Part shown: one piece after another, positions 1-9,596 of the stretch
Layout: every line of letters begins with the position of its first letter
Numbering within the stretch: the first letter of the stretch is position 1
Virus record (IMG/VR): IMGVR_UViG_3300035698_009252
Coordinates: 75,604 to 139,603 of that record
Direction: 5' to 3' (one strand)
Source: a virus
DNA: 64,000 bases
Made by a program: the position numbers and the translations under genes
Notes under the pieces: model-generated
Databases searched by the model: none
Told to the model about the DNA's origin: nothing
The model's input: only the letters and a program-made list of their open reading frames with translations

Positions 1-387
1 GGAACTCCCGCCGTTTAGATGGTCACGCAAAGAATACCACACCTGGAAACCCACCCGCCGGGAGATTCGGATGCCTGGCTTACTCGTATATCGGCGAGAG
101 GCGGCTGCTTGCAGTTCACGAGTCCGTGGCCGCTTCCCGTACTCCTTCGCATACACCCGTTGCCGGGCATTCCTCCGTTTTCGGAACTCCGGGTCGGCAG
201 CATTCTTTCGATAACGAGCTAAAGCAGAAGCCTTCCGGGCCTCCTTGTTCTCCTGGTAACTCTGTTTACAATGCGCCTTGGCACAATCTCGACACCAGTT
301 GAACAAGCCATCTTTGGCCTTACTATCCTTGCCGAACTCAGATACTACATCCTTCGGATGACCACATTTGGTACACCGTTTTTCCAT
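1..387 (-). CDS. HNH/endonuclease-VII-like homing endonuclease, N-terminal part (runs off window start)
   Basis: Manual translation from ATG at 387 (GGAGG RBS): MEKRCTKCGHPKDVVSEFGKDSKAKDGLFNWCRDC... open to position 1; the CxxC...DGL..WCxxC Zn-finger head is typical of phage HNH endonucleases. Catalytic part is outside the window. Confidence 0.6.
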   Translation of the reverse strand, partial: MEKRCTKCGHPKDVVSEFGKDSKAKDGLFNWCRDCAKAHCKQSYQENKEARKASALARYRKNAADPEFRKRRNARQRVYAKEYGKRPRTRELQAAASRRYTSKPGIRISRRVGFQVWYSLRDHLNGGSS

Positions 388-399
388 AATATGCCTCCA

Positions 400-422
400 T
401 CTATGGTCGGCATATCAAAGAA
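400..422 (-). promoter_or_regulatory. Putative phage late promoter (TTCTTTGATA-N7-CATAGA)
   Basis: One of 8 intergenic copies with an invariant 7-nt spacer; just upstream of the RBS/ATG at 387. Confidence 0.6.
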
Positions 423-425
423 AAC

Positions 426-761
426 TCAGTGAAAGCACATGAGACAGGCGGAGGGCATCAATAGTATCCATGAGACCACGGCGAAGCACATGCTCTTCAA
501 ACTACGAATGCTACTCACGAACTTCTGAGCCTTGACCGTCCCGGCACCGCCGAAAAACTGGGTTTTGGCGTGCCGGATATGTTCTTCGCGCATTTCGAAG
601 ACAAACACAACCTTCCGGTTTCCATTCGGGGACTGACCCGTCTCAGTCGTTACGAGAGGGAAATCCAGCGAGCACAAATAGGCCGCAAAATAAATGTCCG
701 AAGTCCTATAGAGCTTCTTTTTAGCCTCAGACGCCCCGGACGTCTCCGTTTCCGTAGTCAT
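426..761 (-). CDS. DUF5659-like small phage protein
   Basis: YRTSDIYFAAYL...VVFVFE motif; start placed at MTTET after GGAGG. Confidence 0.5.
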   Translation of the reverse strand: MTTETETSGASEAKKKLYRTSDIYFAAYLCSLDFPLVTTETGQSPNGNRKVVFVFEMREEHIRHAKTQFFGGAGTVKAQKFVSSIRSLKSMCFAVVSWILLMPSACLMCFH

Positions 762-887
762 GCCGCCGCCTCCCTTACCTGTTCGATTTCGTATTGCCAT
801 CTGTGAGAGAGTCAGAACGAACAGTGATGACATTTCCGCAACTCCCGAATCTTTGGCCTGTAAGGTCATTGAATCTGGCTTTTCTTT

Positions 888-1175
888 TCACTTGGCCTCC
901 CTCACATCGCCGCCGCCGTAATCGTAAGCCACGGTTTCCACTGGGGCTTTGCGCCCCTTCATCCGTTTTGCTGCCTTCGCGTTGCCATTCCGCATGGATT
1001 CTCCGAAGGTACTTTTCCGGTTAATACCACCGTCAATCGCTAAAGCGAACGCGCTGAAAACGCGGGAGGCTCGGCCCCCGCACTTGCCACATTTGACAGT
1101 GCGGGGAGCCTCACCCATACGAAACGGCTTTTCTGCTCGCGTTTCGCAACCGTTGCACTCGAACTCGTACAGCAT
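888..1175 (-). CDS. FmdB-family zinc-ribbon protein
   Basis: MLYEFECNGC...CGKCGG..ASRVFS. Confidence 0.75.
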   Translation of the reverse strand: MLYEFECNGCETRAEKPFRMGEAPRTVKCGKCGGRASRVFSAFALAIDGGINRKSTFGESMRNGNAKAAKRMKGRKAPVETVAYDYGGGDVREAK

Positions 1176-1178
1176 GGC

Positions 1179-2303
1179 TTACTCCGAGGCTACGGCTGTT
1201 CTGGTCACCTTCGTTGCCGTTTTGGCCTTGTTTTTCGACCCTCTCGGCCTACCCCTGCCCCGTCGAGGCGCTACTGCCGTTTTCCCGCCCGATTCGAGCT
1301 TTTCAAGGCGAGCCATAACAGCAGCCATGCCACCCTTCAACTCATCGTTCTCGGCCCGTAGAACGGCATTCTCGGCCTCTACAGCCACCTGAGCCCCTGC
1401 TTCCTTGGCCATGTCCGCCTCAAGGGCTTCCACGTCCGCATCTGACACAGTTGTGCCGGAAACGGCGAGCTGGGTTTCCCCAACGATTGAGGACGCGTCC
1501 GTGCCGCCAAGGACTTCCGTTGCCGCTTGCAGCTCTGGCGGGATGTCCTGGTCGATGACAGCCGCCGCCGTGGTGCCATCGGGGACTTCCACACCGGCCC
1601 GCTTGCGTGTCATTTCGACGTGCTTCTTGCGAACCTCGGCCTCGGCCCGCTTGCTTTCGGCATTGGCATCGGCTTCTTCCCGACTGGGAAGGTGTTGTCC
1701 CGCGTTCATGGGGATTTCGCTCCTGCCCACTCCCATACCAAGGCTGTCGTCATGGACCACCGGCATCGCCGCTCTCTGGCGCTTGAGAGCGACACGCTCG
1801 GCCATCGAAGCCATGTCGGTCTTGTCTGCCAAGTCGGCAAGCCTTTCCTCGACAGTCTCGTCGCCCTTGATGACTTCCATGGTCCTGTTGGCCGTCCGAG
1901 CACGGGCATCTGCACGCGAGGCTTCCTTTTCGGCCTGGTGGACCTTAGAGACTTGCGTATGGCGGATGTCAATGACCGGGTGGTCCGATGAATCATCCTG
2001 AACGATAGGCAAATCGTTGTTGGAACGACGAGGAGGGGCGTCCACAATCGTAGGAGCAATGCCTTTGACTTCGTCAAGCATCTCCGGCGAATATGGTACA
2101 ACCCAAGGGTCATCCGGGGTTTTCAGGGCTTGACGCTGGAGGATTTCCAGGTCACGGGTATCGTCGAACTTGCGTCCGTCGACGATGAGGATACCACGCT
2201 CCTCATCGAGTTCAAGGACAGTCCCTCTTCCGAAGGTCTCCTTGATGTATCCGAGGTGCATTTGACTCGGAATAGTTAGAATCCATTTCGAATTCATATC
2301 CAT
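1179..2303 (-). CDS. Hypothetical protein with coiled coil and C-terminal AT-hook-like motif
   Basis: 374-aa ORF; RRGRGRPRGSKNK near the C-terminus. Confidence 0.6.
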   Translation of the reverse strand: MDMNSKWILTIPSQMHLGYIKETFGRGTVLELDEERGILIVDGRKFDDTRDLEILQRQALKTPDDPWVVPYSPEMLDEVKGIAPTIVDAPPRRSNNDLPIVQDDSSDHPVIDIRHTQVSKVHQAEKEASRADARARTANRTMEVIKGDETVEERLADLADKTDMASMAERVALKRQRAAMPVVHDDSLGMGVGRSEIPMNAGQHLPSREEADANAESKRAEAEVRKKHVEMTRKRAGVEVPDGTTAAAVIDQDIPPELQAATEVLGGTDASSIVGETQLAVSGTTVSDADVEALEADMAKEAGAQVAVEAENAVLRAENDELKGGMAAVMARLEKLESGGKTAVAPRRGRGRPRGSKNKAKTATKVTRTAVASE

Positions 2304-2375
2304 CTCCTCTATATGGTGTTATATTTCCAGGCTTTTCGCCTGACTCCCAGCGCACCATGCGCCGAAATCTCTCTA

Positions 2376-2936
2376 TCAACCGAGTTTTCCGGCCAACTCA
2401 ACAAGCATGCCATATTCAACCGGGTCTCGGAAAGCATCTTTTCCATCTTTTATGAGGGCCTTGACACGGTCCTTTACTGCATCCGCGCAGCCCTCGTAAA
2501 AGTATTTCTTCTGTTTGTCTATGGCGTCAAAAAGGTCATCATCCCCCAGCAAGGAATAGAGGGCGTCGCTAGGGTCGGTCTTCAAGCTGCTGGGCTCATC
2601 ACCCTGCCGCATGTTGTTGACCATCTTGACGATTTTATCAACGTCCCTGGAGTTGTTCGGTAACGCCCATGTCCCAGCAACTCGCGTGCTTCCCAATTTC
2701 CCGTTCCAGGGATGGCGTATCTTCAATCGTTTCATTCCGACGCCGACGGCATCTTTAAGGTCAATGATATTACGGATGCCGCTCATCTCAGAGATATACC
2801 GTATCAGGCGGTCTCCGTCCCGACGGGATATACCCAAGTCAGTGACATATCTCTCAATCTGGCCCTCCGTAATACCGGACGAGACGAGAGCTTCGGCAAC
2901 GGTTATCAGCCGCTTTGCTATCTTCTGGCTATCCAT
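2376..2936 (-). CDS. Tagged hypothetical protein (helix-tag family)
   Basis: Starts MDSQKIAKRLITVAEALVS; internal RVAG. Confidence 0.7.
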   Translation of the reverse strand: MDSQKIAKRLITVAEALVSSGITEGQIERYVTDLGISRRDGDRLIRYISEMSGIRNIIDLKDAVGVGMKRLKIRHPWNGKLGSTRVAGTWALPNNSRDVDKIVKMVNNMRQGDEPSSLKTDPSDALYSLLGDDDLFDAIDKQKKYFYEGCADAVKDRVKALIKDGKDAFRDPVEYGMLVELAGKLG

Positions 2937-3001
2937 TTCGTTTCCCTTACAGACCAGGGCCAAGGCCAGAAAATATCCTGGCCCAGCCCATCGCCGTCAA
3001 G

Positions 3002-3415
3002 TTACGGAATTGTCACAATAGAACCACCAACGCCACCGAAGTTCGCGCCCGTGCCGTACCGGCGATTGCCTGTTGCGGCAATCAGGGTGTCGGACAACGT
3101 CTTCTCTGCGTCCGTCATGGGGATTTTGTCGAGGTCCCGACCTACAGCTCCCAGCATCTCCACCAGGACGTACGTCGGCTCGCTGTCGATGTCCCCCTGA
3201 TAACTTGAAGCGGCTGCCGTTACGCTCTTCTTGTTGAACGTCGTTTCTAACCATGACCGCGTACCCGTCTGAGTCTGCGGGTTCCAGATGGCCTTCAGGA
3301 ACGTCTTGACTGCTGCCAATTCGACTCCCGTGGGCTCTGTGATTCTTGCATTGCGGGCAATGTTCCATACCCACCGTGAATACTGCCACCAACTACCTGT
3401 CGTGCTACCGGCCAT
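3002..3415 (-). CDS. Hypothetical protein (possibly virion structural)
   Basis: 137-aa ORF with AGGAGG RBS; no tag. Confidence 0.6.
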   Translation of the reverse strand: MAGSTTGSWWQYSRWVWNIARNARITEPTGVELAAVKTFLKAIWNPQTQTGTRSWLETTFNKKSVTAAASSYQGDIDSEPTYVLVEMLGAVGRDLDKIPMTDAEKTLSDTLIAATGNRRYGTGANFGGVGGSIVTIP

Positions 3416-3534
3416 GACTGGCCTCCTTTCGCTTTTCTGCTCTTAGAGGTCTCGCAAGCGATAACCTCAACATGGTCGCGTTAGTGCTCCATGCCGACCC
3501 GTATGAGCATAGGGTCAAATCCATCTGACTTCCC

Positions 3535-3813
3535 TTATTGAAATGTGTCCGGGTCCTTGAACGCATCAATGGTCTGACGCACTTCATTCGCCGTCCCCAT
3601 GTTCACATCGGACGGGTCTGCGTCATCCATCTCCCGAACCAACGCTTCGCGGGCCTGCATCATCGCCTTAAACGGTTTGTCGGCCTTGGTCAGATAGTCC
3701 TGGTAATCCGTCCAGGCTTCATCTGCCTTCTTCAAGGCACGCACCAAGCCACCGGCTGCCGCAAGTTCTCTTGCCACGGCCACTAACTCTCTTGCTATAC
3801 GCGCATCGTTCAT
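3535..3813 (-). CDS. Tagged hypothetical protein
   Basis: MNDARIARELVAVARELAAA. Confidence 0.75.
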   Translation of the reverse strand: MNDARIARELVAVARELAAAGGLVRALKKADEAWTDYQDYLTKADKPFKAMMQAREALVREMDDADPSDVNMGTANEVRQTIDAFKDPDTFQ

Positions 3814-3820
3814 ATCGAGT

Positions 3821-4039
3821 CTACATCTGGCTCAAAGCCCTTGCGATGTCCTTTTCCAGCCTAACCACCTTACGGTTTCTCATCTTCCTCGGGACACCCC
3901 CGAGGGCTTTGAGGATATCGCTCTTCAATTCTTCTTGGACTTCAGGAGACAAGTCTCCGATTCCTCCTGCAAGCCGCTCGGCAGCCGTCAAGTCCTTCGC
4001 TACGGCCACTAACTCCCGAGCTATACGTGCGTCGTTCAT
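3821..4039 (-). CDS. Tagged hypothetical protein
   Basis: MNDARIARELVAVAKDLTAA. Confidence 0.75.
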   Translation of the reverse strand: MNDARIARELVAVAKDLTAAERLAGGIGDLSPEVQEELKSDILKALGGVPRKMRNRKVVRLEKDIARALSQM

Positions 4040-4261
4040 TTACCATTCCAGAGAGTTGTTCTTAACGGTTAAAGTCCGTGGCTTGACGTCCTCGATGGCC
4101 TTCGTCCTGCTCTTCTTTATCCACCACTTGCCCTTGTACTTGAACCGCTGGCCACTTCTCAGGTCCGGCCATGACGGACGGCCCCGGTCCATCTGAGGAG
4201 CCTTCGCCGTCAAGTCCTTGGCCACTGCTACCAGCTCGCGTGCTATACGTTGATTATCCAT
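4040..4261 (-). CDS. Tagged hypothetical protein (basic, small beta domain)
   Basis: MDNQRIARELVAVAKDLTAK; WPDLRSGQRFKYKGKWWIK resembles WRDIPIGSKFKVSGKRQKWLK in 4874-5470. Confidence 0.75.
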   Translation of the reverse strand: MDNQRIARELVAVAKDLTAKAPQMDRGRPSWPDLRSGQRFKYKGKWWIKKSRTKAIEDVKPRTLTVKNNSLEW

Positions 4262-4515
4262 CAGGAAACCTCACTATTAAATCTTATGTGCAACTTGCTT
4301 TGTATCGCGTCGAGGTAATTCGTGGCGTCCAATCGGCCATGAAACTCATCCGCCATGTCAATCTCCCGGCCATAAACATCATAATCTATACCATCCTCGT
4401 CCAACAAGTCTGTCACCTTCTTCAGGTCCATTGTAGACCGGACACGAATCGTGATGGATGCCGTCAGCTTGCGTGCCACGGCTACCAATTCGCGTGCTAT
4501 CTGTTGCCTGTTCAT
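4261..4515 (-). CDS. Tagged hypothetical protein
   Basis: MNRQQIARELVAVARKLTAS. Confidence 0.75.
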   Translation of the reverse strand: MNRQQIARELVAVARKLTASITIRVRSTMDLKKVTDLLDEDGIDYDVYGREIDMADEFHGRLDATNYLDAIQSKLHIRFNSEVS

Positions 4516-4877
4516 GACCTCCGATAGATGACGCTCAATGCCGCATTGAGTTCTTCGTCGCTTCCGTTAAATCCATTGGAGACGACGAACAGAGTCTTTT
4601 TCTTCATGTCGATGCGTGCCCGGTCATCGTAAATACGGCGCTGCTGGAACTTCCCGACAATTTCCGGCATCGCTCGAAGAATCTTTATGGCATCTTTCGC
4701 AGCCAATTCCTCCAGCTCGTCGGCAGCGTCCTGTACGAAAAAGAGGTGACCCTTCTCCACAGGCACCCGCGTCTCCCAGACGATGTTGCCATAAGAGATG
4801 TATCTTTTCACAGAGGACAGCGCCGTCAACTCTCGGGCTGCTGCGACCAACTCTCTGGCTATCTGCTGGTTTTTCAT
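4512..4877 (-). CDS. Tagged hypothetical protein
   Basis: MKNQQIARELVAAARELTAL. Confidence 0.75.
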   Translation of the reverse strand: MKNQQIARELVAAARELTALSSVKRYISYGNIVWETRVPVEKGHLFFVQDAADELEELAAKDAIKILRAMPEIVGKFQQRRIYDDRARIDMKKKTLFVVSNGFNGSDEELNAALSVIYRRS

Positions 4878-5470
4878 AGAAGAAACTTCCTCTCATCCCT
4901 GATGTAGCTGCGAAGCTCTCTATCCGAGATGCTCATCTCTTCAATCTCTTCCGCGAGAAAATCATCGTTCTTGACGATACGAAGAATGGCCGAATCGCTT
5001 TTGTTCTTGTTCATCATAACGATTGCACCAAAGACACCCGTAGCATCGCCACTGAAACTGCCCATGCTGCTCGCTATCCTCTCGTAGTCGTGCTCACCCG
5101 CCTCTGCCTTGCCCATTTTCACAACGGCATCTGCGGGGACCGCCGCGTACTTACCTATCTTCAACCACTTCTGGCGTTTTCCCGATACCTTGAACTTGCT
5201 GCCGATAGGAATATCCCTCCACTGCTTCTGCATCTTCGGGGGACCCTTTCGGGAAGCTTCTAGTCGGCGAATCTTGGAGTCACTGTAACCGATTTTCTTC
5301 AGGAACGCTCGGGCCTCGTCCTTGTTCATTCCACCCATGACGTTGGCCATGGCATCGTTCATCTTGAGCGTCTTGAGGGCGATAGCCCTCTGGTGACGCT
5401 CCGGGACAGACAAAGCCGTAAGCTCTCTTGCGACTGCCACCAACTCGCGTGCTATCGCTTGCCTATCCAC
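4874..5470 (-). CDS. Tagged multi-module hypothetical protein
   Basis: GTG start at 5470: (M)DRQAIARELVAVARELTAL; internal LEAS and RIASS junctions. Confidence 0.7.
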   Translation of the reverse strand: MDRQAIARELVAVARELTALSVPERHQRAIALKTLKMNDAMANVMGGMNKDEARAFLKKIGYSDSKIRRLEASRKGPPKMQKQWRDIPIGSKFKVSGKRQKWLKIGKYAAVPADAVVKMGKAEAGEHDYERIASSMGSFSGDATGVFGAIVMMNKNKSDSAILRIVKNDDFLAEEIEEMSISDRELRSYIRDERKFLL

Positions 5471-5471
5471 G

Positions 5472-5729
5472 TCAGTATGCCTTCCTGGCCTTTTTAAGCC
5501 CCTCAAGGAGCCCATCCATCAAGGGTGGCATGAATTCGTTGACCCAGAGTTCGCCGGTCGGATTGAGACGGTCGTCATCAGACAGTTTGGCCGACTTCTT
5601 GAGAAGCTCGGTATGCAGCTTTACGGCAAGTTTCTCGCCATACTGGCGTGCCACCTTGTGCCAGAGGTCTTCGGCGGTCAACTCTTTTGCGGCTGCCACC
5701 AGTTCTTGAGCTACTTGCTGTCTGTCCAT
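5472..5729 (-). CDS. Tagged hypothetical protein
   Basis: MDRQQVAQELVAAAKELTAE. Confidence 0.75.
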   Translation of the reverse strand: MDRQQVAQELVAAAKELTAEDLWHKVARQYGEKLAVKLHTELLKKSAKLSDDDRLNPTGELWVNEFMPPLMDGLLEGLKKARKAY

Positions 5730-5747
5730 AACATCCATCTCCTCCTA

Positions 5748-5770
5748 CCTATGACGGCTGTATCAAAGAA
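5748..5770 (-). promoter_or_regulatory. Putative phage late promoter (TTCTTTGATA-N7-CATAGG)
   Basis: Intergenic copy inside the tagged array, directly before an AGGAGG RBS. Confidence 0.65.
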
Positions 5771-5781
5771 TAAATGCCCAT

Positions 5782-6252
5782 TTACGAGAGCAAATCGATT
5801 TCCATCACGCCACGAGAACGCGCCACGGCTACGGCCTTTGCCTTCGCCTGTGCATAGTTGCCAGAGAAGAACACCTCATCACCATCGATGTTGAAAGCCC
5901 ATGAACCATAGCCACGTGGCCTCTTGCCGTAACTGTTTTCGAATTGCTGGGTATTGACCCGGACTCCGGCAACCCTGGACCGGTCCGAGACTCGGGAGGC
6001 TTTGTCACGCCCCTGCCACGATGTAAGCCGTTTCTTGGCTTCTTTTTCAACCTTGGCAAGCATCTCCTCTACGATTCTGGCATCTCCCCGCAGAATTTCA
6101 TCTTCCCCGGCCAATTCCCATATCACACCTCGAAGGGCACGCAAGACCAGGTCAACGCGCCCATTGGCCTTGTTTACAAGTTTACGGGCGTCAGCTACAC
6201 CAATCCCCGCAGAGAGGTTTCGGGCAATTGTGGCTATGCGTTCTTCATTCAT
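5782..6252 (-). CDS. Tagged two-module hypothetical protein
   Basis: MNEERIATIARNLSAG; second module after SRVAG. Confidence 0.7.
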   Translation of the reverse strand: MNEERIATIARNLSAGIGVADARKLVNKANGRVDLVLRALRGVIWELAGEDEILRGDARIVEEMLAKVEKEAKKRLTSWQGRDKASRVSDRSRVAGVRVNTQQFENSYGKRPRGYGSWAFNIDGDEVFFSGNYAQAKAKAVAVARSRGVMEIDLLS

Positions 6253-6956
6253 AGCTGTTTCTCAATATCCGCCAAGGTCTTGTCCAGGCCCTGAGCCGAT
6301 TCAATCATCTCCTTGAGATTTTCCCTGGCCCGGTCAATGGCACTGCCAACATCCCTGCCATTCTTCAGCATCCCCAAGGCTGCCATCGTGATGTCGAACG
6401 TGATGTTGTACGACTTGTGAACTTCCTTAAGGAGAAGCTCGGCAGCCCGGATATCGCCCGGCGGTACATTCGCAACGAGTTCCCAGAAATTGAATTCGCC
6501 TTCGTTCAAGACGCGCTCTCCACGGGTGCCCCGAATCTCCCAAATGCCGTCATCATACTTGCGAAGAACAATCCATGAACCCCATTCGGGGTGTTGCTTG
6601 TTCCTGATGATAACCCGTTCTTTCACGTTCTTCGTAGTCAAATCTTCGGCCACAAGCTGCCGCGCTACTGCCAAAAGCCTGCGTGCTACCTTGTCATTGG
6701 CTGTCATGGGGCTTCCTTTCTCGTATCCCAAACGGTCCAACATCTTCACTATCTCCCGTGTCGTACCGAACAAGCCATACCACGTCCACATGTGGTAAGC
6801 ACCCCCATTCCGGCGCTTACGGCCCTTGTAAAAGTATTCCTCAGTCGTCCCGACACTGTCTTCCACCTCGTCCAGGTCTTTCGAGATGTTAGTCGGGCTT
6901 TCGTCCCCTGTGGCCCAAATCACCAGGCCATTGGCTTTTATGTAGTAACCCTTCAT
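6249..6956 (-). CDS. Hypothetical protein with internal helix tag
   Basis: Start MKGYY at 6956; internal NDKVARRLLAVARQLVAE. Confidence 0.7.
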   Translation of the reverse strand: MKGYYIKANGLVIWATGDESPTNISKDLDEVEDSVGTTEEYFYKGRKRRNGGAYHMWTWYGLFGTTREIVKMLDRLGYEKGSPMTANDKVARRLLAVARQLVAEDLTTKNVKERVIIRNKQHPEWGSWIVLRKYDDGIWEIRGTRGERVLNEGEFNFWELVANVPPGDIRAAELLLKEVHKSYNITFDITMAALGMLKNGRDVGSAIDRARENLKEMIESAQGLDKTLADIEKQL

Positions 6957-6969
6957 CTCATTAACCTCA

Positions 6970-7425
6970 TTATCGTTGCGGCGGGACAATAATTGTAATC
7001 TTATCTCGGGGCCTAAGCCCGAGGCCCTGGACAACACGCTCCATGTCTCCGACTCGAATCACGAGTCTTTGTTCGGACTGGATTGTCAATCGGTTCGATT
7101 CCAGTAGTGAAATTTTTCGGGTGCTCTCGTTGAATACGGCAAGTTGTTCCTTCTGCTCCATCGTCTGCCCATAATGCCCTAACGAGAAACTACGAGTTCC
7201 ACTGATAGGCGGGACCCGTTCAACCCAATCCCCACGCTGTCCCGACCAGGAAAACAGATGGCCCCGTTCGGAACGAATGACTGTTCCCTTTAGGAATCTC
7301 ATATACCACGAGCCGAAACCAATCCTGAAATCCTTCACCGCCAGGAAATGGCCCAATGGCAATTCTGCCGCCACAAGTTCCCTTGCAACCGTCACCAGTT
7401 CCTTTACTATTCCCTGGTTGTCCAT
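6970..7425 (-). CDS. Tagged hypothetical protein
   Basis: MDNQGIVKELVTVARELVAA. Confidence 0.75.
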   Translation of the reverse strand: MDNQGIVKELVTVARELVAAELPLGHFLAVKDFRIGFGSWYMRFLKGTVIRSERGHLFSWSGQRGDWVERVPPISGTRSFSLGHYGQTMEQKEQLAVFNESTRKISLLESNRLTIQSEQRLVIRVGDMERVVQGLGLRPRDKITIIVPPQR

Positions 7426-7820
7426 TACCTTCTCCAGAAGCCCGCTCTCTTGCCAATAGCATCCAGCGCCCTATAAATGTCCTTTGGGCTTGGTATGTCT
7501 TCGTTAAATTTCTTACGGACGTTACGTATGATGCTGCCGTTGACCCATCCATCCACCGAAATAAACCATGGCTTGTTGACCGGCTTGAACAGGCTTATGC
7601 GAACCTGGACGCCGTCCTTGCCACCCGCGCTATCCAGAATAAACCGAACACCACCAACGAACTTCTCTGGCCTCTCTATGACATACCCACGCGACTTGGC
7701 TTCAACCAGAAAATGCGTTGCTCCATCCACGAAGGCATCCATCCACTCGTCGGAAACAAGCCCGGCCATCAAGTCCCTTGCCACGGCCACTAATTCCCTA
7801 GCTATCTTGCGGTTGTCCAT
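7425..7820 (-). CDS. Tagged hypothetical protein
   Basis: MDNRKIARELVAVARDLMAG. Confidence 0.75.
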   Translation of the reverse strand: MDNRKIARELVAVARDLMAGLVSDEWMDAFVDGATHFLVEAKSRGYVIERPEKFVGGVRFILDSAGGKDGVQVRISLFKPVNKPWFISVDGWVNGSIIRNVRKKFNEDIPSPKDIYRALDAIGKRAGFWRR

Positions 7821-8065
7821 CAGTTCTGCTCCCTCCACGCCTTGTCCAGGTAATCGGCAATCTCGTCGATGTCCTCCGCCATCCCCCGAAGCCTACGAAG
7901 AACTTGTCTCAATTCGAGTTGCTTGGCCGCGTTCTGAAGCGTTTTTAGGGAGAATAGAATGCGCTGACTGGCGCTATGGATATCATTGACGTCGGGATTA
8001 GACTGACCAGCCGTCAAGTCCTTAGCCACGGCTACCAACTCTCTTGCCACTGATTTACTGTTCAC
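7820..8065 (-). CDS. Tagged hypothetical protein
   Basis: MNSKSVARELVAVAKDLTAG. Confidence 0.75.
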   Translation of the reverse strand: MNSKSVARELVAVAKDLTAGQSNPDVNDIHSASQRILFSLKTLQNAAKQLELRQVLRRLRGMAEDIDEIADYLDKAWREQN

Positions 8066-8334
8066 GAATCTACCTCTTTTATCGCCTTGCGGACATCACT
8101 GTCGGCCTTCGTCACGGCCCGAGTCAGCTTGCCCATTGCGGTGTTGATTTTCCGGGTGTACTCGGGAGGTTCCTTGAAGGTGTAAGAGTCCTCGGAGAAC
8201 CAAAGAGCACCGACATCCTCCGCAAGTTGTTGAAGTGTCTCAACAGCCTGTCTCCGCTCATCCCACGGGTTACGGGCAGCCGTCAACTCCCTCGCCACAG
8301 ATACCAACTCTTTTGCCACGAATTCGTCGTTCAT
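8062..8334 (-). CDS. Tagged hypothetical protein
   Basis: MNDEFVAKELVSVARELTAA. Confidence 0.75.
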   Translation of the reverse strand: MNDEFVAKELVSVARELTAARNPWDERRQAVETLQQLAEDVGALWFSEDSYTFKEPPEYTRKINTAMGKLTRAVTKADSDVRKAIKEVDS

Positions 8335-8723
8335 CGAAATCTCCTCGCCACTTTGAGAAGTGTATCTTTTATCCACTTTGCCGCATAAGCAGCAATTTCA
8401 TTCCTTCGGTGTGGCTCCACATATCGGAAGGTTTCCCTTGCCTGTTCTCTACCACCCGGCACCTTTTTCGTCGAGAAAATGACCTGCCACTCCCCTGAAT
8501 CAGACACTCTGTCACCGAAATCAGTCTGGGCAACATCATCGTCGAACCAGATATGGGCATAGAGAGGAATGTCCAGCCCCGACACATTGAACTCAATGGA
8601 GACGTGCTTGCCGGGCCGGATTTTCAAAAGGGCCGGAGCCATGCTCCCGGCCTTTCGAGGACGAGATACAGACAAGTCCTTGGCCACTGCTATCAGCTCG
8701 CGTGCAATCTTCTGTTCGTTCAT
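8331..8723 (-). CDS. Tagged hypothetical protein
   Basis: MNEQKIARELIAVAKDLSVS. Confidence 0.75.
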   Translation of the reverse strand: MNEQKIARELIAVAKDLSVSRPRKAGSMAPALLKIRPGKHVSIEFNVSGLDIPLYAHIWFDDDVAQTDFGDRVSDSGEWQVIFSTKKVPGGREQARETFRYVEPHRRNEIAAYAAKWIKDTLLKVARRFR

Positions 8724-8730
8724 AATTCCT

Positions 8731-9144
8731 CTATCTTATCGCGCTCTCCAACATGTCGATTATATCCTGGTCGTAATCGTTCCGGCTTGACTCAACATCC
8801 TTCGGATTCCTCGACATCTTGCGCACGGAATCCCGAAATTCACTGTAATCCGTATCCTCTCCGATTGAGTTTGCGATGTGCCTTCCATCCCTCCAATCTC
8901 CATACAGAACGATGTCTATATCCTCATACCCCTTGGAGCGGAGCGCATCTACCCACGCTTTAATAAGGTCATCCCGGTTGTCATGGGACAGCATATCGCG
9001 ACTGCCCCAAAACCCCATACCACCAGACATTTTCTTGCCTAGTTTGAAAATTTCCCGGTATGACAGTTTTCTCGCAACCCGGCTTCCAGCCATCAACTCC
9101 CGTGCCAGGGCTGCCAGTTCTTTCGCCAAATCATCCGACTTCAT
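8731..9144 (-). CDS. Tagged hypothetical protein
   Basis: MKSDDLAKELAALARELMAG-SRVAR. Confidence 0.75.
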   Translation of the reverse strand: MKSDDLAKELAALARELMAGSRVARKLSYREIFKLGKKMSGGMGFWGSRDMLSHDNRDDLIKAWVDALRSKGYEDIDIVLYGDWRDGRHIANSIGEDTDYSEFRDSVRKMSRNPKDVESSRNDYDQDIIDMLESAIR

Positions 9145-9145
9145 T

Positions 9146-9586
9146 TTACCAATCTCCCGGTTTCTCAAGGTCGTACTTGTCGGCAAGCCACTCGGTGAAC
9201 TCTTTGGGGCTCTCGCCACTATCATACCCCGTACGGAACTGGCTTTCAGAGAAAATGTCATTCCTGGCCAGCATGTAATCCTTCTGCATGATGGCAATCA
9301 CTTTGTCTTGCCACTCCCGGTACGACATGCCCTGCTTCTTGGCCACATCCAGCATCGGAGAATAGACATAAGCTGCCACGCCGAGTTCGGCAATTACCCG
9401 CTCCGTCCTCAAGAGCTTACTCTTAAAGGCACGAGCTTCGTCCTGCAAACCCGCCTTGTTCAAATCACCAACGAGTTTGGAACAGGCTTGAACGAGATTC
9501 CGGCTGGCTTGCTCCACCTCACGGCCACGGTCGTTTTTACCCGCCACACGGCTTGCGATTCTCGAAAAACGGTCTTCTTTGTTCAT
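9146..9586 (-). CDS. Tagged (short variant) hypothetical protein
   Basis: MNKEDRFSRIASRVAG. Confidence 0.65.
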   Translation of the reverse strand: MNKEDRFSRIASRVAGKNDRGREVEQASRNLVQACSKLVGDLNKAGLQDEARAFKSKLLRTERVIAELGVAAYVYSPMLDVAKKQGMSYREWQDKVIAIMQKDYMLARNDIFSESQFRTGYDSGESPKEFTEWLADKYDLEKPGDW

Positions 9587-9596
9587 CGGGTTCACC